From contig JBBTRX010000002.1 in assembly GCA_038064975.1 (NCBI GenBank), forward strand, positions 193,278 through 257,277: DNA of 64,000 nt. Reading direction: 5' to 3'. Under the pieces are notes generated by a model that was given only the letters and a program-made list of their open reading frames with translations, searched no databases and was not told the DNA's origin. Of this stretch, positions 39,490-49,312 are shown one piece after another (position 1 is the first letter of the stretch; every line of letters starts with the position of its first letter). The position numbers were made by a program, and so were the translations under genes. The DNA is from Patescibacteria group bacterium. Its GTDB lineage: Bacteria; Patescibacteriota; Minisyncoccia; UBA6257; 1-14-0-10-40-38.

Positions 39490-39678
39490 TTAAATCTTAC
39501 TCAAGAGGTTCATGCCATAAATACAAAGCATGCACATTGCAATCATAGTGAGAAAGCGAGCGGGTCCTTCGCCCGTGTCGTCTTTATCCCAGATTCGTCG
39601 TGCTGGCCAAAAAAGATAAACGACAAACGAGAGAATGAGTAGGGTGCCAACTAGTCCATACCAGAACTCTCTGTGCAT
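39490..39678 (-). CDS. Small two-TM orphan protein
   Basis: Strong SD aaggagg; two hydrophobic helices. Confidence 0.6.
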   Translation of the reverse strand: MHREFWYGLVGTLLILSFVVYLFWPARRIWDKDDTGEGPARFLTMIAMCMLCIYGMNLLSKI

Positions 39679-39729
39679 GAGAACCTCCTTTTAAAGAAAC
39701 GAACCGAAAAAAGTATAGGACGGGGGCGT

Positions 39730-40737
39730 CTATTTTGCAACTTCGCGAACTTTTTTCTCTATTTCTTTAAGAAGCTTACTATCTTCTTTAAGTTTTGCTT
39801 TTACGTTTTCAATGCCTACACCGAGCTTTTCTTCTCCAAACGAGTACGTTGCTCCGGACTTGGTAACCACTTCGTATTTAATCGCGGCATTCATAACATC
39901 TCCTTCAAATGAAATGCCTTCCCCAAACATAATATCAAACTCTGCTTGGCGGAATGGGGGAGCGATTTTGTTTTTAACAACTTTCGCTTTTACTCTACTT
40001 CCCACAACATCCTCTCCCTTTTTAACCTGTGCGATGCGCCGAATATCAATGCGTACAGAGGAATAGAATTTAAGCGCTCTGCCTCCCGGGGTTGTTTCGG
40101 GATTCCCGAACATAATGCCAATTTTCTCTCGAAGTTGGTTGATAAAAATGATAAGCGTTCCTGATCGCGCTGCGATTGCAGTCAGTTTGCGAAGTGCCTG
40201 CGACATCATGCGTGCCTGAAGGCCAACATGGTGCGCGCCCATTTCTCCCTCAATCTCTGCTTTGGGAGTAAGGGCTGCTACCGAATCAACAACAACAACA
40301 TCTATCATCTCCGAGCGTACTAATGATTCTAAAATATTCAGTGCTTCCTCTCCATTATCCGGTTGTGAAATAAGAAGGTCCGTCACTTGGACGCCAAGCT
40401 TCTTCGCATATTCGGGGTCCATGGCGTGCTCTGCATCAATGAATGCAGCTTTGCCTCCTCGTTTTTGGGCTTGAGCCACTACGTTTAAGGCGAGTGTCGT
40501 CTTTCCACTGGATTCAGGACCAAAGATTTCAACAATTCTTCCTTTTGGAACACCTCCCACGCCGAGCGCGAGATCCAGCGAGAAGGATCCTGTAGGGATA
40601 ACATCCACATCAACTTTCCGTACTTCGCCAAGACGCATAATCGCGCCTTCGCCGAACTTATCGCGCAAACCTTCTATTAGTTTCTCAAGATCTTTAGGAT
40701 CGCTCGCGGGCGTACCAGCCTGTTTTTTTGTTGCCAT
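39730..40737 (-). CDS. recA: Recombinase RecA
   Basis: [30 protein letters not shown]. Confidence 0.99.
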   Translation of the reverse strand: MATKKQAGTPASDPKDLEKLIEGLRDKFGEGAIMRLGEVRKVDVDVIPTGSFSLDLALGVGGVPKGRIVEIFGPESSGKTTLALNVVAQAQKRGGKAAFIDAEHAMDPEYAKKLGVQVTDLLISQPDNGEEALNILESLVRSEMIDVVVVDSVAALTPKAEIEGEMGAHHVGLQARMMSQALRKLTAIAARSGTLIIFINQLREKIGIMFGNPETTPGGRALKFYSSVRIDIRRIAQVKKGEDVVGSRVKAKVVKNKIAPPFRQAEFDIMFGEGISFEGDVMNAAIKYEVVTKSGATYSFGEEKLGVGIENVKAKLKEDSKLLKEIEKKVREVAK

Positions 40738-40787
40738 ATCCCTTAACAATACAGCTCAAAATTTAAAAATCAAATCTCAAAAACAAG

Positions 40788-40825
40788 AACTAAAACAGCT
40801 GCCATATATGGCAGCTGTTTTAGTT
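40788..40825. terminator. Hairpin between the rodZ-like gene and recA
   Basis: aactaaaacagctgcca-tata-tggcagctgttttagtt. Confidence 0.6.
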
Positions 40826-40900
40826 GTGACGTTTTAGCGAGGATATTCTTTTAAGAAAGGTCATTCTAATAGCTTTCGCAAAAGAATATCAGAGGGTATT

Positions 40901-41527
40901 TTATGGCTGATAGATAATCTGCCGCGTTATCGTTGTTTCTCTCCCTAAAAGTCTTCGAGCCGTAAACGTAATGCGATTTAATCCCTCATCTAAATTATAA
41001 CTTTTTGAAAAATTGCCTTTTGTATCGGTTGTTTGCGGTTCGCCGTCAATCACGAGCGCATCTTTTGGATCAATTGAGCCAGTAATTAAAATAACGTTTG
41101 CGGTGGTAACCAAGGTCTCCGATCCGGGATTTTGAATAACGAGTGATGGCTTTCCCAGAAAGCGGTCTACGTTTGCTGCGCCATAGGCAAGCACGACTAT
41201 AGCAATCAGCGTTCCGATAATAACACTGCTATTTAAGCGCTTGAGTGCAAACCTATTATGAGGGAGCCTATCCGCAGCACCGGATGTTTGAATAAGACTC
41301 TCTTTCATCTCCCGTTCGTAAATACTCCATAGTTCATCGCCGTTTGCGTTCAGTACATTCGCCATTTTTAGGAGGTATCCGCGAATATAGGGAGCGGGAG
41401 GAAGTTTACGAGATTCTCCAATTAAAATTGCTTCAATATGGCGCAACGAAACTCCGCTCAACTCAGCGAGCTTCTCGTGTGAAATATTTTTAGCATCAAT
41501 ATGTTCTTTTAATTTTTCCTGGAACAT
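40901..41527 (-). CDS. RodZ-like HTH membrane protein with C-terminal Ig-like domain
   Basis: N-terminal XRE HTH, LPPAPYIRGYL, one TM helix, LDEGLNRITF. Confidence 0.75.
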   Translation of the reverse strand: MFQEKLKEHIDAKNISHEKLAELSGVSLRHIEAILIGESRKLPPAPYIRGYLLKMANVLNANGDELWSIYEREMKESLIQTSGAADRLPHNRFALKRLNSSVIIGTLIAIVVLAYGAANVDRFLGKPSLVIQNPGSETLVTTANVILITGSIDPKDALVIDGEPQTTDTKGNFSKSYNLDEGLNRITFTARRLLGRETTITRQIIYQP

Positions 41528-41532
41528 ATATA

Positions 41533-43596
41533 TTATTCGCTTCCATCAATCAATATTTCTCGGGGCTTTGCGCCCTCTCCTGGACCCACAATACCCCGTT
41601 CCTCCATGATGTCAATAAGTCGCGCTGCACGAGCATACCCAACCTTGAGCCGGCGCTGGAGGAGTGATGCAGATGCCTTACCTGAACTTTTTACTACCTC
41701 TACTGCTTCCTGGAATAGATCATCTTCATCGCCTTCTTCAAAGCCATCAAAAATATCACCATTCGGGCGCAGGCCTCGCGTGTCCTCTTCTCCCGCGACT
41801 TCTTCCACAGGTTCTTCGACGACTTCGTTTTTCTCACGAATAAAGTCGGTAACGCCTTTCAGTTCTTCTTCACTCAAGTACGCACTCTGGACACGTTTCG
41901 GTTTGGAATATTCTGATGAAATAAAGAGTAAATCCCCTCCTCCCAAAAGTTTTTCTGCTCCCGCGATATCAAGAATAGTGCGGGAATCAATCTGGCTCGC
42001 GACTTGGAGCGCGATGCGAGCCGTAATGTTTGCTTTAATGAGTCCCGTTACGACTTCAACTGAAGGTCGCTGAGTAGAAAGGATAAGATGGATGCCAGTT
42101 GCGCGTGCCATTTGGGCAAGGCGGACGATTGATCCTTCAATTTCGCGTCCATAGCGCGACATGAGATCCGCCATTTCATCCACGACAATCACAATATACG
42201 GCAAGAGTTCCTCACGGTCTTTGTTGTATCCCTTAATGTCTCTGCATCCGGCCTTGAGTAATGTTTCGTAACGGCGATCCATTTCCGCAATTGCCCACCT
42301 AAATACGCCAACGCTCTTTTTTGCGTCAGTAATAACGGGAGCCGCCAAATGGGGGATGCCTTCATACGCTGAAAGCTCAACACGTTTCGGGTCAATGAGA
42401 ATTAGTTTTAATGTTGCAGGAGCGTTTTTAAAAAGCAGGGAAGTAAGAATGCTGTGGATTGTGATTGATTTGCCCGATCCCGTGCTTCCCGCAACCAACA
42501 TATGAGGAAGGCGCTCAATATCCACGAATATCGGATCACCGCTTACGTCTCTGCCAAGTGGGAAGACGAGCGGGCCTTTTTCAGTAAATTCCTTATAGTT
42601 CATCAAACTGCCGAGGCGGACAATCGCTGCGGATTTGTTTGGAACTTCAATACCAACTAAAGATTTCCCAGGAATTGGTGCCTCAATGCGGATAGGGTGT
42701 GCTGCAAGCGCAAGCGCGAGGTCTTGGTTCAATGCAAGGATGCGCGCAAGCTTTACCCCTTCAGCAGGCTTCAAGGTATAGCGCGTTACTTTAGGGCCGA
42801 TATTAATTTCTCCCATTTCAACGGGAATACCAAAGCTCTCCAGTGTTCTCTTAATGATATTTGCGTTTGCGCGCAAATCGCCGGATGTTGGTTTTTCCGT
42901 TGTTGATTTAAGTAAAGAAAGCGGAGGAGCGACATAATCTTTTATGGATATCGCTTTGATGCGCGTGGTAGGTGTTGGCGAAGATTCTCTCACGTCCAAC
43001 TCTTTCTCTTCTTCGGGTTCTTCGGCTACTTCTTCTTCCGGTTTTTCTTCTGCTTCGGCGGTAGCTGAGTCGCCGGTTACCATAAGATCTTCGTCTTCCA
43101 TTTCTTTTTCGTCACGTTTCTTATCAGTGAGCCAGCTTGGCTTAAAGATAAGAGAAGCGTTAAAAGCGATAAGAAGCGCGATCATTGCAAGCATGGCGAC
43201 AATGATAATTGCAGCGACTTTGCCGAACGCGAATTCAATGGATCCAATTGCATTACCGACAAGCCCTCCATGCGTCGGAAAAAGAATATCAATGAGTCCG
43301 AGTAAGAAAAGAATAGCCGCTCCTCCACCTGCAAACGTGAGTGTTAAAAGTTTTTTGCCATGACTTACGAGAAACATAACGCCAATTGCGATAGCAATAA
43401 CAGGAACAAGATAATACCCCCATCCAAAAAGCCCTTCTAAGATTTTCAAAATAATGCGCCCGGCAGGACCTGCTTTTTCAAGTTTCGCGAGGACAAGGAG
43501 CGCGGAAATGCCAAAGAGGACGACTGCCGAGATACTTGCCTTAGTTTCGTGCGGAATAGTTATGCCAAAGGATTTCTTTTGTTTTGATCGTGCCAT
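41533..43596 (-). CDS. ftsK: DNA translocase FtsK
   Basis: 4TM N-terminus, PHMLVAGSTGSGKS, DEMADLM, TQRPS, gamma domain LQRRLKVGYARAARL. Confidence 0.97.
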   Translation of the reverse strand: MARSKQKKSFGITIPHETKASISAVVLFGISALLVLAKLEKAGPAGRIILKILEGLFGWGYYLVPVIAIAIGVMFLVSHGKKLLTLTFAGGGAAILFLLGLIDILFPTHGGLVGNAIGSIEFAFGKVAAIIIVAMLAMIALLIAFNASLIFKPSWLTDKKRDEKEMEDEDLMVTGDSATAEAEEKPEEEVAEEPEEEKELDVRESSPTPTTRIKAISIKDYVAPPLSLLKSTTEKPTSGDLRANANIIKRTLESFGIPVEMGEINIGPKVTRYTLKPAEGVKLARILALNQDLALALAAHPIRIEAPIPGKSLVGIEVPNKSAAIVRLGSLMNYKEFTEKGPLVFPLGRDVSGDPIFVDIERLPHMLVAGSTGSGKSITIHSILTSLLFKNAPATLKLILIDPKRVELSAYEGIPHLAAPVITDAKKSVGVFRWAIAEMDRRYETLLKAGCRDIKGYNKDREELLPYIVIVVDEMADLMSRYGREIEGSIVRLAQMARATGIHLILSTQRPSVEVVTGLIKANITARIALQVASQIDSRTILDIAGAEKLLGGGDLLFISSEYSKPKRVQSAYLSEEELKGVTDFIREKNEVVEEPVEEVAGEEDTRGLRPNGDIFDGFEEGDEDDLFQEAVEVVKSSGKASASLLQRRLKVGYARAARLIDIMEERGIVGPGEGAKPREILIDGSE

Positions 43597-43723
43597 AGGA
43601 ATATTCAAATCTGTCGCGTTAGTGACAGGCAACATGTCACATGGGACATGTCCCGCTCTGTGGTGCTACCTGGTATACTAGGAGTATATAGGATTATACG
43701 GAAAATTATGCGTTCTGGCGAAC

Positions 43724-44128
43724 ATGAAACTCTCACCTTCGATTTTTAAAGCATATGATGTGCGGGGGAAATACCCCGGCGAAATAAATGAAGACGTTGC
43801 GCTGCTCCTTGGCAAGGCGCTTGGTTTGCGATGGATGGGGGGAGAAATAATCGTGGGGTACGATGCTCGTGTGAGCTCTCCAGAACTTGCCGAGGCGCTC
43901 ACAAAGGGTATTCGGGCTGCAGCTCCGGAGAGTACGGTGACGAGTGTTGGGTTAATAACCACGCCAATGCTTACCTATCTTATCCATTCGCGCGGAGCAA
44001 AAGCGGGTGTTGTCGTAACCGCATCGCACAATCCAAAAGAATATAACGGATTTAAAGCAGTGGAAGGACATGGAACGGCGTGGATAACAGGAACGGATAT
44101 GCAAAAACTGATAGCGCAATTGTTATGA
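43724..44128 (+). CDS. Phosphomannomutase/phosphoglucomutase, domain I only
   Basis: FKAYDVRG, GYDAR, TASHNPKEYNGFK. Confidence 0.85.
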   Translation: MKLSPSIFKAYDVRGKYPGEINEDVALLLGKALGLRWMGGEIIVGYDARVSSPELAEALTKGIRAAAPESTVTSVGLITTPMLTYLIHSRGAKAGVVVTASHNPKEYNGFKAVEGHGTAWITGTDMQKLIAQLL

Positions 44129-45027
44129 ATCATTACCAGGAATACGCTGAGTTTTTAAAAAAATTTGTGAGTGTCGCCTCTCCGATCCGTGTTGTTTTTG
44201 ATTCATCAGACGGCGCGACAGGGCCTGTGCTTCACGAACTTTTTACAACTCATCAACTCATCAACTCAATACTCATTAACTCAAAGCCCAATGGAGAGTT
44301 TCCGGCACATGGGCCGAATCCTCTTGCTCGCGGTGCGCAAAAAGATTTGAGAATCGTGGTTAAGAAAAATAATGCCGACTTGGGTGTTATTTTTGACGCG
44401 GACGGGGATAGGGTATTTTTTATTGATAACGAAGGGCGCGAAATTCGATCAGACATTGCTGCGCTTCTCATGTCAGAGGTGTTTCAAGGCCCATTTGTTT
44501 TTGATATCCGAGCAGGATACGCGCTCCGCGATAGGCTGGATGAAACAAAAAAGAAAGCAATCTACTCTCGTGTGGGACACGTGTTTATGAAACGCGCTAT
44601 GCGTGAGCACGGCGCGGAGTTTGGTGGGGAACTCTCCGGACATTTTTATTTTAAAGATTTCTTTTTTGCCGATTCAGGAATTGTTGCCGCGCTTACGATG
44701 ATACGAATTGTCTCTCAATTAGTGCAGAACGAGTCTTCACTCGCTGCGCGACTGGATAGCATTCCCGCAACATATTATTCCGGAGAAGTAAGTATTACGG
44801 TATCTCGTAATGATTCTGCGATAGAGCGGGTTGTCTCTGCGTTTCAAGCCGTTGCGGAACATGTTGACCACACGGACGGCGTGCGTATAGATGCTAAAGA
44901 CTTCTGGATAAGTGTACGGGCATCCAACACCGAGCCTGTCATCCGTTTTGTGCTTGAAGCGCGAGAGAAAAGCGTATTTAACCGTGAACTCAAAAAACTT
45001 AAAGAAGCTATAGGAACAGCAAATTAG
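44125..45027 (+). CDS. Phosphomannomutase/phosphoglucomutase, domains II-IV
   Basis: FDADGDR, GGELSGH, VRASNTEP; ATGA overlap with upstream half. Confidence 0.85.
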   Translation: MNHYQEYAEFLKKFVSVASPIRVVFDSSDGATGPVLHELFTTHQLINSILINSKPNGEFPAHGPNPLARGAQKDLRIVVKKNNADLGVIFDADGDRVFFIDNEGREIRSDIAALLMSEVFQGPFVFDIRAGYALRDRLDETKKKAIYSRVGHVFMKRAMREHGAEFGGELSGHFYFKDFFFADSGIVAALTMIRIVSQLVQNESSLAARLDSIPATYYSGEVSITVSRNDSAIERVVSAFQAVAEHVDHTDGVRIDAKDFWISVRASNTEPVIRFVLEAREKSVFNRELKKLKEAIGTAN

Positions 45028-45136
45028 TCCCTAAAATAGGGGCTTTTTGAGGAATATTGACTTTTATAACTCACTATGCTATAATAATAGAAGTTCTTCT
45101 CTCAACCCGAAAACCCAAGAATTACGGAGGTAGCTC

Positions 45137-45562
45137 GTGAAGGCAAGGGATATTTCAGCATTCTTTCTTGGTGTTCTCCTCACGCTCTGTGTCGTGCTCT
45201 TCCGGACCGACGGCAATGAGCAGGTGCAGATCTGGGGACTGCAATGGGACACGTTCGTGCAAGACGGCAAGGCTGTGCAAGTTCCTGTCTTGTCCTACAA
45301 CGAAGAGGCTTTTGCTGTTTTGGATACGCCACACGGCCTCGTGACATCCAACATTCAATATTTGCCTTTGCCACTCGAAGAACAACACTTTGGTATCAAT
45401 CGGCTTTCCGGAGAGTTTCATGTCCTGAACCCCAAAGTCGATTCCATCATGCTTGTTCGCGAGTATCCCCCGTATACTGAGGCAACCGAATTCTACAGAG
45501 CAACAATCTCTCCTCTGGGGGGAAATATTGCTCTAACGCCGGTCTTGCCCGCGAGGTACTGA
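45137..45562 (+). CDS. Orphan secreted/membrane protein with own promoter and terminator
   Basis: TTGACT-N-TATAAT at 45057-45085, SD ggaggt, GTG start, hairpin 45569-45607. Confidence 0.7.
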   Translation: MKARDISAFFLGVLLTLCVVLFRTDGNEQVQIWGLQWDTFVQDGKAVQVPVLSYNEEAFAVLDTPHGLVTSNIQYLPLPLEEQHFGINRLSGEFHVLNPKVDSIMLVREYPPYTEATEFYRATISPLGGNIALTPVLPARY

Positions 45563-45635
45563 CCCATCGAGCCCGCGCTCCACGTTGTGTGGAACACGGG
45601 CTCTTTTAATTCATAAATTTCTTTAGCCACTAATT

Positions 45636-46202
45636 TTAAAACAGTGTCGCCGGAATATCGGCTTCAATGAGATTGAGATTGACTTTGGAAAGCACTCCGG
45701 TGATTTTATCCGGAACCATAACATACCCCTGTTTTTTAATAAGTTCGTATAAATCTTTAGTAAGTTTCACGTCCTGCAGGCAATAGTCTTTTAATTCCTG
45801 TATTCGACCTTCCTTAAATAACTTAATCGCTTCAAGTCCGCTCTCATGCAGTTTGGAAGCTCCCAGATTAACTTGCGAGAGTATGTTCAGGCTTATTCTC
45901 CTGCCGGAGGCAAGCTCAATTTCGTCTAACAGGTCAAGGCGATTCATCGCCATCATATTATAGTTGCACTTTGAATTTAAAATCGGTACGTCAAAACGAT
46001 TAATGGCGAATCCAATAATAAGGCCAGCTTTTTGGATAATAGAAAGACACTCCTCTAGTTGATGTCCCTCAAAGGCGAGATATTCGTTCCTGTTGTAAGA
46101 ATATATTCCAACGAGCGAAACATTGAACCTATCCATGTTTTGACTTCCGCCGATATCCGCAAAAGTATTTGAAGTTTCAATATCAATAACAAGTTTGTCC
46201 AT
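45636..46202 (-). CDS. RNase H-like (YprB/RNase_H_2) exonuclease-fold protein
   Basis: VIDIET, FDVPIL, YCLQDV. Confidence 0.8.
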   Translation of the reverse strand: MDKLVIDIETSNTFADIGGSQNMDRFNVSLVGIYSYNRNEYLAFEGHQLEECLSIIQKAGLIIGFAINRFDVPILNSKCNYNMMAMNRLDLLDEIELASGRRISLNILSQVNLGASKLHESGLEAIKLFKEGRIQELKDYCLQDVKLTKDLYELIKKQGYVMVPDKITGVLSKVNLNLIEADIPATLF

Positions 46203-46308
46203 AGACTATGCGAAAATACGAATATAGCACGAATATACGAAACTATTCCAATATACAAATGTAGCGCGAATATAATTGAGCATGAAGATGCTCATGCACT
46301 AAGTTTGT

Positions 46309-46701
46309 TCATTTGGATGTATTGAGAACGCGACGATGGCGAACGCCGTCTTTAAGAAAATAGATCATAATTGCAAGCTCTAGGTGAGTGCCTTTTAGAT
46401 AGGAAACTACTTGATTAATATGCGTATATCCCATTTTTGGGACTACTTTCAATTCAACAACTATTTTATTCTCTATAACGAAATCAAGAAACTCTTTTCC
46501 TACTTGCTGCCCATTATAAGAAGTGCTTACAAACTTTTCTCGTTCAAAAATAATTCCAGCTTCATCAAATGCAATCGCTAAAGCGTTTTGATAAATGTTT
46601 TCTTTATGCCCCCAACCGAGTTTGTTGAAAACATCAAACGCAGCGCCGAGGATCTTGTAACTCAATTCAGGATAAAGCAAATCTTCTCGCTGTACCGCCA
46701 T
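46309..46701 (-). CDS. GxxExxY protein (PD-(D/E)xK fold)
   Basis: LGWGHKENIYQNAL, DFVIENKIVVELK. Confidence 0.9.
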   Translation of the reverse strand: MAVQREDLLYPELSYKILGAAFDVFNKLGWGHKENIYQNALAIAFDEAGIIFEREKFVSTSYNGQQVGKEFLDFVIENKIVVELKVVPKMGYTHINQVVSYLKGTHLELAIMIYFLKDGVRHRRVLNTSK

Positions 46702-46738
46702 ATTCGTATATTAGCGCCTGATTAGTATATTCGGATAG

Positions 46739-47221
46739 TTACACGTGGCGGTCAGCAACTTTGCTCGCAGCGTAACTATCAGGCTTCGTTTTCGCTTCAA
46801 AATTATTCGCTCGGATAATGCCGACAAGTTCCTGGATAATTACTTTTGTTGCGCCGTTTGTTCCCGCGTCAACGTGGATCTCAAACGCAAAATCAAAAAA
46901 TGATTTTGCTTTTGCGGCTTCAAGAAAAGAATGGGCAACTTCAAGCGAGAGTAATACCTCTTCCAAAATTCTGTCACGAAGAGTATGAAATCTTTTTTCA
47001 GTTACCATCCTGCGCCAGAAATATCTCCCACCGTTCCCGACGCGGTGAATTACAATTGCGGTTACAAAATCTGCCGTTCCGTTTGGCCGGCGTTCAGAAT
47101 CTGATCCAATAATGACTTTATATTCTCGGGCGGGAGCTACTGCCATAAACGTTATCATCTCCGCGATGATCTCGTCTGCTGCCATTTGCTTACCCTCGGA
47201 GCTTACGAAAAGCTGATTCAT
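46739..47221 (-). CDS. YkuK-like RNase H-fold protein
   Basis: IIGSDS, HRVGNGGRYF, EIHVDAG, KPDSYAASKVADRH. Confidence 0.85.
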   Translation of the reverse strand: MNQLFVSSEGKQMAADEIIAEMITFMAVAPAREYKVIIGSDSERRPNGTADFVTAIVIHRVGNGGRYFWRRMVTEKRFHTLRDRILEEVLLSLEVAHSFLEAAKAKSFFDFAFEIHVDAGTNGATKVIIQELVGIIRANNFEAKTKPDSYAASKVADRHV

Positions 47222-47266
47222 GATGCGCTTTACTATATTCCCTTTCGCGCCTCGAAGCAATTTCCT

Positions 47267-49168
47267 TTATTTTGCCTTCGGAAGAGTCGCAAAAAACACC
47301 GATCCTTTGTTTTCTATGGAATCAAACCATACTGACCCACCATGCTGTTCCAAAATAGATTTTACAATAAAGAGTCCAAGTCCTGTCCCTACATTTTTTT
47401 TCTGGGTTGCGTTGCGTGCACGGAAAAACTGCTGGAAAATTGACTGTTTGTCCTCCTGGGGAATGCCAATGCCGGTATCCTGCACGGCAAGCGTAATATG
47501 CTCTGCATCTTCTGATAGCGTTACCGTAACCGTGCTGTTCTCATGCGAATAATCAACGGCGTTATCAATAAGATTCTCAAATGCCTTTTCAAGCATGAAT
47601 GCATTAGCGTTCGCGGTTACATGTTCTGCTTTGTTAATAAAGGAAATAGTAATGCCTTTTGTTTCTGCAGGATGTTTTAGATGATCGAGAGCTTGAGCGA
47701 GTATTGGAGTGATGGGGGTATTTTTTGCATTCGTTTTCTCGCTCGCGAAATCTATCTGTGAGAGTGTGAGTAAGTCATTTACGATATCGGAAATGCTGCG
47801 TGCGCTTTCCGTAATAGCGCCGGCGCTCTCCTTAATTTTATCCGGAGGCGTATTCGGATCTTCAAACGAAGCAGCTGCCCAGTTAATAACAGAGAGCGGA
47901 GTGTTGAGTTGATGGGAAAGCGTGGTGATAAATTGATCTTTGAGTTTGGAGAGGTCCTGTTCTTTCCGCAAACTTTCGGAAAGGAGATTCGCCCGCAAAC
48001 GGAGTTCTTTTAATTCTTCCAAGCCCTTCAGACTCTCTGCCATCTTATTTAGGTTGGCACCTAGGTCCTCCAGCTCGTCTCCCGTTTTTATATCCACGCG
48101 ATAGGCAAAGTTACCGCTTCCGATAACGCTCGTACCCTGGCGCAATTCAGCAATCGGTTGGATGAGCTTGAACGCTGTCCAGCTCGCGATAATCATGAGC
48201 ACGATGAGCGCAAAGAGCGAGAAGCCAATGATTTGCCAGGTGATCGTGCGGATAAGGCGTTGAGTTTCCTCGCGAGGCCACTCTACGATAACGCCCAAAT
48301 TCATTCCGGTAACTCCCGCCCATGCTCCGCTTACTTTTTCTCCTATCACGCCGTCATAAAAAGCTGTTTCTGTTTTTTTCTCTTCTTCTGCTGCTGCAAT
48401 GAAACTTTGTACGGTAGGATTCTCTTTTTCCGCGCGTCCGATAAATTCAGCATCGCGATGGGCGATGATCGTGCCCTCGCGGTCCACAAGATACGCATAA
48501 CCTGTTTCTTCCAAGGTCGTCGTGCGGATAATATCTTGGAATGCAGCGTTCGTCATTGTGCCTAAAATAACGGCGATGATCTGGCTATTCTTATTTAAAA
48601 TAGGGGTCGCAAAAGAAACAGTGATGTCGTTGTTCACAAAAGAAATAGGACTGAAATATTGCCTACCCTCGCGTGCCTCTAGGAAAGCCGGATCGCTTAC
48701 AATTGTTCGTAAACTCGGATGTTTGAAGAGCTGGTTTTTATCCCGTGCCCATCTGCTCGTTTCTTGCCCTGTGGTGCAAACTTGGGGCGTGACACATACG
48801 AACGAAGCTTCGCGGAGACTCGGTATGCGCGTCATGATGCCTTCAAGAATGATGTCTTGTTGGTTAAAAGCTATAGGAGCAAATTCTTCAAACGTTACGA
48901 TGAGATCAAATTCAGCGATGACATTACTGACATATTTTTCAATTTCAGTTGCGGTTTCGTTAGCAACGATCTGTTCAATGGCTTGTACATCAATGCGGTG
49001 AGTGAGATTAACGAGGTACATTGTCGCTACTCCCATGAGTACCAGCGGTACGATGCCTGCGATAAGAAAAACGCGGACAAATTTTCTCCGCAGGCGGCTT
49101 GGGCCTAAAAATGTTTTCCACAGCCAATACCAATATCGTGTTTTAATGGGGCGATTAAAAAATTTCAT
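47267..49168 (-). CDS. Sensor histidine kinase (Cache-like, HAMP, HisKA, HATPase)
   Basis: Two TM helices, GDELEDLG, SHQLNTPL, NLIDNA, DTGIGI, GTGLGL. Confidence 0.93.
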   Translation of the reverse strand: MKFFNRPIKTRYWYWLWKTFLGPSRLRRKFVRVFLIAGIVPLVLMGVATMYLVNLTHRIDVQAIEQIVANETATEIEKYVSNVIAEFDLIVTFEEFAPIAFNQQDIILEGIMTRIPSLREASFVCVTPQVCTTGQETSRWARDKNQLFKHPSLRTIVSDPAFLEAREGRQYFSPISFVNNDITVSFATPILNKNSQIIAVILGTMTNAAFQDIIRTTTLEETGYAYLVDREGTIIAHRDAEFIGRAEKENPTVQSFIAAAEEEKKTETAFYDGVIGEKVSGAWAGVTGMNLGVIVEWPREETQRLIRTITWQIIGFSLFALIVLMIIASWTAFKLIQPIAELRQGTSVIGSGNFAYRVDIKTGDELEDLGANLNKMAESLKGLEELKELRLRANLLSESLRKEQDLSKLKDQFITTLSHQLNTPLSVINWAAASFEDPNTPPDKIKESAGAITESARSISDIVNDLLTLSQIDFASEKTNAKNTPITPILAQALDHLKHPAETKGITISFINKAEHVTANANAFMLEKAFENLIDNAVDYSHENSTVTVTLSEDAEHITLAVQDTGIGIPQEDKQSIFQQFFRARNATQKKNVGTGLGLFIVKSILEQHGGSVWFDSIENKGSVFFATLPKAK

Positions 49169-49312
49169 TATACTTGACCGTCTCTTGCCTCTAACGCTTT
49201 TTGCTATTATAACAGGAGAACCGATAAGTGATAACAATAAACAAGCTGATAATGGACAATAGGGAATTGGGAATGTATTGAAAATTGTAAATTAATAATT
49301 GTAAATTCTCTT

